Below, piece by piece: positions 57,655 to 64,000 of a DNA stretch of 64,000 nucleotides. The notes under the pieces are model-generated. The model saw only the letters and a program-made list of their open reading frames with translations. It was not told the origin of the DNA and did not search any database. Both the position numbers and the translations under genes were made by a program. How positions within the stretch are numbered: position 1 is the first letter of the stretch; the number at the start of each line of letters is the position of its first letter. The DNA comes from a virus, in UHGV virus genome UHGV-1376088, one strand, 5' to 3'.

Positions 57655-58770
57655 ATGTATATTCTTAGTATTGTATTCAGTAATCATTGTGATTTGGATT
57701 GTTCTTATTGCTGCATACAGTCTAAGAATATGTCTCCTGTATTGGCGAATTTAGAACAGATTAAAGATTTCATTAGAAAATATGCAAAGACAGGATCCAT
57801 TGTTGAATTTTATGGAGGTGAACCTACCCTTCATAAAAAAGAGCTATTTGATATCATCAATTTCTGTAGCTCTCTTGATATGGACATTGGCACTAGGCTA
57901 TATACTAATGGATTATTTGCTAACTGGACAGAGGAAGAGATTCTTTCTCTGTCTTACATTTTAGATGAAGTTCTCATTTCTCTTGATGGATCTACATTTG
58001 AAGAGAATAAACAGCGCTTTGAAAATCAGGCCCAGTTTGATGCTGTCCTGAATAATATTAAAACAATGCGAAAATCTGAGGATTTGAACATTACTTTAAG
58101 TTCTGTTTTATATGGTCGATCCAAATTTGAGAATATGTTCTCTAATTACAAATTCTTTTCGGCGCTTGGTGTTGATACCTTTAGCTATGAGCCGGTCACT
58201 ATATATAGGACAGACAAAGCTGTTATTATCCCTAGGGATTTCTTTGGTGCTTTATTTAAGGGCATTATGGAAATTTCTAGGGACATTTTTATTTCCGGAA
58301 AAGAGCGATCTTTGTTTGTAGCAAAAGAACTGTTAGCTGCTTCTTGGTATCATCAGGGAGACAAGGATTTATGTTCTAAGAACGTAAGAGCCATTTCTCC
58401 GCGCGGCAATATTTATATGTGTCGTGATCATGCAGCTAATGAAGAAGAGATGTTTTATTCTCCTAAAGTTATTCAGTTCTTTAATAAGAATAACCTGAAG
58501 TCAGATAATGAATCATTCCCACTAGTGGAAGAAAACGAAAAAGACTTAACGCATTGTCCTGTTAAAAATATACAATACAGACAAGCTGGTGTTGAAAAGG
58601 ATCTATACTGGTTATCTGATTCGTGGCAAGATTTTGTAGTAAAACCTATGTATTCTACGATTCTTGCTGTAAACTCTCAGGCCGATAATCTGTCTGAAAT
58701 AATTGATTATTTTTATCCTAAAGTTGATGAGTTATTAAAAATAGCTATTAGTCAGGAAGGAATTAAATGA
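57655..58770 (+). CDS. radical SAM / SPASM-domain enzyme (anSME/PqqE-like peptide-modifying maturase family)
   Basis: 'SNHCDLDCSYCC' = CX3CX2C; 'VEFYGGEPTLH' SAM-binding GGE motif; additional C-terminal Cys cluster (CSKN...CRDH...HCPV); 371 aa. Confidence 0.7.
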   Translation: MYILSIVFSNHCDLDCSYCCIQSKNMSPVLANLEQIKDFIRKYAKTGSIVEFYGGEPTLHKKELFDIINFCSSLDMDIGTRLYTNGLFANWTEEEILSLSYILDEVLISLDGSTFEENKQRFENQAQFDAVLNNIKTMRKSEDLNITLSSVLYGRSKFENMFSNYKFFSALGVDTFSYEPVTIYRTDKAVIIPRDFFGALFKGIMEISRDIFISGKERSLFVAKELLAASWYHQGDKDLCSKNVRAISPRGNIYMCRDHAANEEEMFYSPKVIQFFNKNNLKSDNESFPLVEENEKDLTHCPVKNIQYRQAGVEKDLYWLSDSWQDFVVKPMYSTILAVNSQADNLSEIIDYFYPKVDELLKIAISQEGIK

Positions 58771-59045
58771 AGTTGGAAGATATTAAAGTCGGCCAAATTG
58801 TTAAAGATAAGTTTGACAATGAATATATTGTCAAGGAAATTATTGAAGATGACTCAATGCCGGTTAAATTGAAATGTACTAAATTTTTGAAACCAATTAA
58901 TGTTCAAAAAATTGGTGACATATATTTTAAGGAGGCTGGCATAAGTTTTTGGATTTATAAATCTGGAAAAGATGCACGAGTATGCGGCTGTGATGTTGAT
59001 TGTATTACCGTTGAATCTCTCAAACTGAAAGGTGAATCAAAATGA
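58767..59045 (+). CDS. small protein, 'MKLxDIKVG' paralog family
   Basis: MKLEDIKVGQIVKDKFDNEYIVKEI...CITVESLKLKGESK; paralog of 10847..11122. Confidence 0.5.
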   Translation: MKLEDIKVGQIVKDKFDNEYIVKEIIEDDSMPVKLKCTKFLKPINVQKIGDIYFKEAGISFWIYKSGKDARVCGCDVDCITVESLKLKGESK

Positions 59046-59683
59046 AACTTGAAAATGTCAAAGTCGGTATGCTTCTTAAGGACAAATTCGGCAACGAATA
59101 TGAAGTTATTGAAATTAATAGAAATGACGACTTTCAACCTGTTCGAGTAAAATGTGTTAAATTTGTAAAAAGAGTTTGCTTCAAAACTGAACGCGATGTC
59201 ATTTATCGCGCCGGGTCTATGGCATGGCTATTAAAAGACCATTCACATGTATTGTCCATTGATGATGACTATGGAAGATTTATAAAGGAAACCTTTTATC
59301 CAGATCTTTCTGATGCAATGTTTAATGAAGCGGTATCTGTCAAATTAAGTATTTCTAATTACAATTATCGCAATTTTGTGCTCGGAACTCAGGAAGCAAT
59401 CAGCAGAATTGAAATCACACTAAGAGATTTGAGTCTTGCTGAAAACTTTTTGCATAGAGGTAATGTCAGCCTATATGATACTGTGTTTGATCAGGCTTAT
59501 ACTCCATATGAGGTATTGGCATTTACGGACGACAAAGTTTGCTTAAGGGTTAAGACGAGATTCCGTAACACTGACAATAAGACTAAATACATGGAGTCTA
59601 TGGCATGGATACCATTTTATGATGGTAAAAGTCCAGACAGTGATGATGTTACCACAAAAGATTTCATGATTATGAAAGGTTAA
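59042..59683 (+). CDS. 'MKLxDIKVG' family protein with C-terminal extension
   Basis: MKLENVKVGMLLKDKFGNEYEVIEI... N-terminal 90 aa paralogous to 58767 and 10847. Confidence 0.5.
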   Translation: MKLENVKVGMLLKDKFGNEYEVIEINRNDDFQPVRVKCVKFVKRVCFKTERDVIYRAGSMAWLLKDHSHVLSIDDDYGRFIKETFYPDLSDAMFNEAVSVKLSISNYNYRNFVLGTQEAISRIEITLRDLSLAENFLHRGNVSLYDTVFDQAYTPYEVLAFTDDKVCLRVKTRFRNTDNKTKYMESMAWIPFYDGKSPDSDDVTTKDFMIMKG

Positions 59684-59687
59684 TTGA

Positions 59688-60281
59688 ATGGTTTTAGTGC
59701 GAAAAGCAACAGAGGCAGACTTTGAATGGCTCGTAGAGTGCTCAAATAAAGATTGGGTTATTAACGATTACAGCGGAACCTTTAGGGACTGGCTAAAAAG
59801 CTTTGGTGTTGCAGACGAAGAATTGGATAAATGTTATAACTTTGATTGGTTTAAAAAATACATTTATCCAAAAGCTCCTCAGGATTTATATATAGTAAAT
59901 AACGGACAAAAGGACGTTGGATTTTTCTGTCAAGATTTGGATCAAACAAATTCAATTATTGGCGGAACCGTATTCTTACATCCTCGTTCATGTAAAATGT
60001 CTATCCTTAAAGCTATTAAGGCTATCTGTATTCGGGCTTGTTTAATCCAAGATGAATTCGATGCGTGTGAGGTAAATACATGGACTCCACTTATCGTTTC
60101 TACTGCCCAATCCGTTGTTCCTTGCTTAAAAGAGAGCATGATCGCTGAAGAGTACCGAATTCTTTACGGTGAAACAAGAAACTTCCCAACAAAGGAAGAT
60201 ATTATTAAAAAATATAACGTTACAGATATCGATAAGGATAACTGTTTTGTTTTTGATGAGGTAAGAAGACATGGAGCTTGA
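59688..60281 (+). CDS. hypothetical protein (possible GNAT-like)
   Basis: ORF overlapping the next gene by 11 nt; weak acetyltransferase-like features only. Confidence 0.4.
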   Translation: MVLVRKATEADFEWLVECSNKDWVINDYSGTFRDWLKSFGVADEELDKCYNFDWFKKYIYPKAPQDLYIVNNGQKDVGFFCQDLDQTNSIIGGTVFLHPRSCKMSILKAIKAICIRACLIQDEFDACEVNTWTPLIVSTAQSVVPCLKESMIAEEYRILYGETRNFPTKEDIIKKYNVTDIDKDNCFVFDEVRRHGA

Positions 60282-60945
60282 ATTTAAAAAGGGTCCGGGC
60301 GGATCTTTCGGTTACTATATTGACGGTATGATCCAATGGGCTACTGGTCGCGATTATTTTAAATATCCACGAATGTTCCATAAGGTCTATCAAAGAATGT
60401 TCCCTGACAATAAGGCGCCAGAAGAATGGAACAATATCCTTGTTATTGGCGGCGGCGATTTTCAATTAATCAGTGAATGCACATTCCTGTCATATGATAA
60501 CCGTATAACAATCGTAGATCCTAGTATCACAGAATACTTTACCAAGTTTAAACCTCATCACACTGCCGCCAATGGCCAATTTAAAAAGCAATATGCCGCT
60601 ATGACTGGTAAAGCATTCCTAAATATTGTAGAAAAAGATATCCAAACCTTTTTGTCAGAACATAATGAACAATCTGAAACTTATGATTTGATTGTCTGTG
60701 ATTTGACAGACGAACTTGCTTTTGATCCTACGAATATTTATTCGACTCAAGTTTATGATAAACTTCTTCGTCCTGGCGGCATTATGATTGGATACGGCGG
60801 ACTTTCTACTAAAAGCTTCTTTGAAGAATTTCCACTATTGGCTATGGATATCACTGAGCTCCATGTTATTGCAGAAAAATTCCAAAGCTGGAATGGCGAC
60901 ACTGGAGTATTTTATGGTTTAGCAAAAGCTGGCCTGTACGAATGA
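60271..60945 (+). CDS. spermidine-synthase-like aminopropyltransferase (SpeE family)
   Basis: 'NILVIGGGDFQL' ~ SpeE 'VLIIGGGDGGVLRE'; 'DLIVCDLTDELAFDPTNIYSTQVYDKLLRPGGIM' ~ SpeE 'YDVIIVDSSDPIGPAETLF...FY..L...LKPGG'. Confidence 0.5.
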   Translation: MELEFKKGPGGSFGYYIDGMIQWATGRDYFKYPRMFHKVYQRMFPDNKAPEEWNNILVIGGGDFQLISECTFLSYDNRITIVDPSITEYFTKFKPHHTAANGQFKKQYAAMTGKAFLNIVEKDIQTFLSEHNEQSETYDLIVCDLTDELAFDPTNIYSTQVYDKLLRPGGIMIGYGGLSTKSFFEEFPLLAMDITELHVIAEKFQSWNGDTGVFYGLAKAGLYE

Positions 60946-61469
60946 TTATAACCGAACTGGTCTCCTCTTCTAGAAATAGACTATGGAGGAGATTTAATGA
61001 ACGCTTTTTATACTCTGCGAAATTCGAAGATTTCATTGGCATAAAATGTAAACCAATTGCAGATATTATTTTTCAAGAATATGAAAAGCCTTATTTAGAT
61101 CCTTCTTTATTTATATCTTTTGTTGTTCTTGGTGAAAATTTTTTAGATCATAATTTTGATTTTGTAGTCCGTTCTACTTGTATTCCTCCTGAGTATTTTT
61201 ACATCGTTCCAGTTATAGATTCTAAATTATTTATAAACGATAAATACATAGAATTAAAGGAGGGTGAACTTATTCGGATAAAAAGAGGCTCAAAAATTCA
61301 GTCTGCGAATTGTATTAATATAGTCTCAATCATAGAGGCTGTGCCTGGAATCTCAAAATTATCTAGGATTCACGAAGTAAAAAATAAAGAAGAAGAGGTC
61401 GTATATATAACATACGATGAAATGATAAAGGAATTAGAAAATGAAAGACTCACCAATATACATGCTTAG
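60942..61469 (+). CDS. hypothetical protein
   Basis: ATGA-coupled ORF. Confidence 0.4.
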   Translation: MIITELVSSSRNRLWRRFNERFLYSAKFEDFIGIKCKPIADIIFQEYEKPYLDPSLFISFVVLGENFLDHNFDFVVRSTCIPPEYFYIVPVIDSKLFINDKYIELKEGELIRIKRGSKIQSANCINIVSIIEAVPGISKLSRIHEVKNKEEEVVYITYDEMIKELENERLTNIHA

Positions 61470-62508
61470 AAGTGTGTATGCAGATATTAAATATTCTGAT
61501 CTCGGTAAATATGGGTACTTTGGAAATGTAAATGAGAAGCCTGGGGATTTTGGAATGAAGATCGCCCAAGAGCTTGCTGAAGGCTATGAAGTCTGCGAAG
61601 AGGGTCTGAATGCCCTATGTGGAATTTGGATTCCTGGAAAATCCGGAGAACTCAAAGGTCATCCTTATGGTTATGAACCTCCAGGCACTGTAAGTTTTCT
61701 GATTCCTTTATTTCAATCTTCTTTAAAATACAACGGCAAGCATTACGAATCAAAAGCTACTGAGCTTTGTTTTGAAATTAATCGTAATACCGATTTTGAA
61801 CATATCGGCGGCGCTGGTATTTATGCTTTTATTGTCGCTTGTCCTCCTGATAGAAGCTATAACTCAGGTTTCTTTAAACCAAATATGAGCTATACAGAAG
61901 TTATTGAAGGTAGCTTTATTTATACTGATAGTTGTGACTCTGGTCATGTTCGTGTTCCTGATTTTAAACTGTTCAAAAATCCAGGACTTCTAGATTCTAT
62001 TGTTGAGTCCATTGGTATGTATCCTAACAGTATGGATAAACTCTCCGGAGTTTGGAATACAAACTTCCTATATGCAGCAGGATTAGTTAATCCTAAAACA
62101 CATAGAACGCCACTTTCTCATCTGACCATGGTCGGATTCGAAATGCAAATTGAACAATACAATGCGTCAAACGATTATATTGTTGCCGGTGTTGAGGTTG
62201 AAGAATTTGAAGATTGTGTGGTTTCTGAGCATACAGATACTATAAACTTTGACACTAGACGCATTCGTTTATTTGTTCCAGTTGGTGAAGTTCAAGATGG
62301 AAGCTACGTTAAGTTTGGCGAAAAGATAATACCTCTCGTATCGGCCGAGCCAATTGCTTTTGATTGCACCAAGCCCCATTCTGCTGAAATTAAAGGAAAG
62401 ATGAAAGCTTTAATTGTAGATTTATTGCCAAAAGAATCGAATATTGAAGACAGAGTCGCTTATATTGTTCAGCCATTGATGTATTATATGAGCAAAGAAA
62501 ATGGATAA
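61441..62508 (+). CDS. hypothetical protein
   Basis: ORF. Confidence 0.45.
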   Translation: MKDSPIYMLRSVYADIKYSDLGKYGYFGNVNEKPGDFGMKIAQELAEGYEVCEEGLNALCGIWIPGKSGELKGHPYGYEPPGTVSFLIPLFQSSLKYNGKHYESKATELCFEINRNTDFEHIGGAGIYAFIVACPPDRSYNSGFFKPNMSYTEVIEGSFIYTDSCDSGHVRVPDFKLFKNPGLLDSIVESIGMYPNSMDKLSGVWNTNFLYAAGLVNPKTHRTPLSHLTMVGFEMQIEQYNASNDYIVAGVEVEEFEDCVVSEHTDTINFDTRRIRLFVPVGEVQDGSYVKFGEKIIPLVSAEPIAFDCTKPHSAEIKGKMKALIVDLLPKESNIEDRVAYIVQPLMYYMSKENG

Positions 62509-63001
62509 ATATGTCATAGACTGTTCTAGTCCTAGGCGAAAAACGCGAAATAGAATTAGAAGGTTTGAAAAATCTATTCTTATGCTGGAAGGATTGAGGT
62601 ATTTTGCATTTCCTAAAGATTTGGCCAATATAGAAAAAAGAATTCAACAATATAAAGATAAGATCCGAGAAAAGGAACTTAGATATGGCGATTTTTTACA
62701 CCTTTGCGGCATTAAAAAAGATATTAGCGAAACCCAAAGGAAGATACACTTTAATAAAATCCAATTTAGAGAGCTTAATGAAAAAATTAACTCTATAAAC
62801 AGCTATATCGAAAGTGCTATAAATCCCTTTGATTTTGATTATATCGAATTGAGAATTATCAAATCGAAAAAGGAAATGCAACGCCTTAAGGATTTGCGAA
62901 TTGCTCTTGGAAAAGAACAATATGGTCTAAAGAAAAGGCTCAAAGAGGGTTATCGTTCTTTAGCAAATCTCCATAATGATACAGGTAAAGAAAATGGCTG
63001 A
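62501..63001 (+). CDS. hypothetical basic coiled-coil protein
   Basis: ORF overlapping the upstream stop. Confidence 0.4.
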   Translation: MDKYVIDCSSPRRKTRNRIRRFEKSILMLEGLRYFAFPKDLANIEKRIQQYKDKIREKELRYGDFLHLCGIKKDISETQRKIHFNKIQFRELNEKINSINSYIESAINPFDFDYIELRIIKSKKEMQRLKDLRIALGKEQYGLKKRLKEGYRSLANLHNDTGKENG

Positions 63002-63257
63002 ATATAAAACATTAAGAGAATTAGTTTTATCCTTTTCTGACACCGATTGGTTTAAAGAACATAGAGCAAATATTATGTTTGAATTAAACCATTGTGAACT
63101 TCATCATATTGATTCCTATTATTTGAATTTATACAATGCAGGCGTTAAAGGTATAGAGGAAAATGAAGCTAATTCTTCTATTGCATATTTACTCGGAATT
63201 GTAACAACCCCGCCAAATGGTAAAGTTCATACTGTTGGCGGAGGTTTCCCGGATTAA
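62994..63257 (+). CDS. hypothetical protein
   Basis: ATG with 'aggtaaag' RBS (the track start 62976 is an upstream ATG). Confidence 0.4.
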   Translation: MAEYKTLRELVLSFSDTDWFKEHRANIMFELNHCELHHIDSYYLNLYNAGVKGIEENEANSSIAYLLGIVTTPPNGKVHTVGGGFPD

Positions 63258-63371
63258 AGAAATAGTCCCTTTGTTAAGAAATTGACAACAGAAAACTCTG
63301 TGAAAACGGTGGAACTCTCTAGAAGACAATGCCGTGCGAAAGTTTGCGAAAGCGAAAGACGTGTAACGACT

Positions 63372-63510
63372 ATTATGTAGGGCCAAGTGGTTCGAAGCGC
63401 AGAGCACCTAAATCCTTATGGACATGGTGATGAGATAGTCTGGTCTCTATGGCGACATAGAGCTGGTTTTGTACCGGGTATAGATTAACGACCTATACTG
63501 AACATAAACG
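63372..63510 (+). repeat. repeat element B (shares termini with 20419-20516); candidate intron 3' core abutting dnaE exon 2
   Basis: attatgtagggccaagtggttcgaagcgca ... ccgggtatagattaacgacctatactgaacataaacg; contains 'gagatagtc' resembling a group I P7/S-element; ends in G immediately before the exon. Confidence 0.5.
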
Positions 63511-64000
63511 ATTGATTCCGATGTAGAAAAAGAAAGACGCGCTGAAGTATTTGAAATGCTTAAAGATAAGTATGGAGAAGGATTTGCGCATCTTGGTACA
63601 CTAACCTATACTGGCGGCAAAAAGGCATTTAAAGATGCTGCACGTATTCATGGTATGGGTTTTGATAAAGCAAATAAGATATCGTCCATGATGCCTGAAA
63701 TTGGATGTCCTCCACTTGACGTATTACTCAAAGAAGACGATGAAATCAAGGCATTGTATGACTCAGACCCCGAAGTAAAAGAGGTCTGGGACGATGCAAT
63801 TAAGCTCAGTGACTGTTTATCCAGTCAAGGGGTTCATGCATGTGGAGTTGCATTGTCTGATCGTCCACTATGGGAAGATGTTCCACTTTGGGATAGCAAA
63901 GGCGTTCCTGTTATTCAGTGGGAAGGTAATAAAATTGAAGAAACGTCAAATGTTGTAAAATTAGATGTGCTTGGGTTAAAAACGCTTACAGTTCTTAACT
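63511..64000 (+). CDS. dnaE: DnaE exon 2 (partial; continues beyond the window)
   Basis: 'IDSDVEKERRAEVFEMLKDKYGEGFAHLGTLTYTGGKKAFKDAARIHGMGF...GVHACGVALSD...VKLDVLGLKTLTVL' aligns with E. coli DnaE '...[21 protein letters not shown]...AGKHAGGVVIAP...VKFDFLGLRTLTII'; no start codon; in-frame stop 6 nt upstream. Confidence 0.75.
   Translation, partial: MDSDVEKERRAEVFEMLKDKYGEGFAHLGTLTYTGGKKAFKDAARIHGMGFDKANKISSMMPEIGCPPLDVLLKEDDEIKALYDSDPEVKEVWDDAIKLSDCLSSQGVHACGVALSDRPLWEDVPLWDSKGVPVIQWEGNKIEETSNVVKLDVLGLKTLTVLN

Larger units (their letters stand above)
56234..63510 (+). other. 7.28-kb intervening block splitting dnaE (contains ~13 CDS, a terminator and repeat B; candidate giant or invaded intron, or trans-spliced/split-gene arrangement)
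   Basis: DnaE homology stops at 56233 (ccggtT|) and resumes at 63511 (aaacG|attgattcc = IDSDVEKERR ~ E. coli [12 protein letters not shown]) with no start codon and an in-frame TAA 6 nt upstream; boundaries obey the group-I rule (exon ends U, intron ends G). Confidence 0.5.

Overview
This 64-kb window is AT-rich (roughly mid-30s % GC by eye), gene-dense, and every confident gene is on the + strand. It reads as a segment of a large tailed phage genome, probably jumbo-phage-like, infecting a Gram-negative host; the host inference rests on a YadA-type trimeric autotransporter, a lipobox lipoprotein and signal peptides. Recognisable replication and nucleotide-metabolism genes are methionyl-tRNA synthetase, RNase HI, glutaredoxin, DHFR, thymidylate synthase, a T4-like polynucleotide 5'-kinase, a short ATP-dependent DNA ligase, a RuvC-like resolvase, a RecA/UvsX recombinase and the DnaE (Pol III alpha) PHP/N-terminal region. 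A dense tRNA island (17.7-25.9 kb) holds 13 tRNAs plus three tRNA-like RNAs with large insertions where the anticodon arm should be. Two of these lie directly downstream of a Ro60/TROVE+vWA gene, so they look like YrlA-type Y RNAs. dnaE carries an in-frame mini-intein and is then interrupted by a 7.3-kb block carrying about 13 genes before resuming in-frame without any start codon. recA is similarly interrupted by a ~290-nt ORF-free, GC-richer sequence, so self-splicing introns or a split-gene arrangement are likely. Other unusual cargo: a JAB/MPN metalloprotease + E1(ThiF)-like + standalone reverse transcriptase cluster; a precursor-peptide + radical-SAM/SPASM operon; a spermidine-synthase-like enzyme; a GHKL ATPase; a trimeric autotransporter adhesin; and several paralogous small-protein families. 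No CRISPR array, rRNA or integrase/transposase was recognised. All functional calls rest on motif-level reading of the supplied translations, without database searches.
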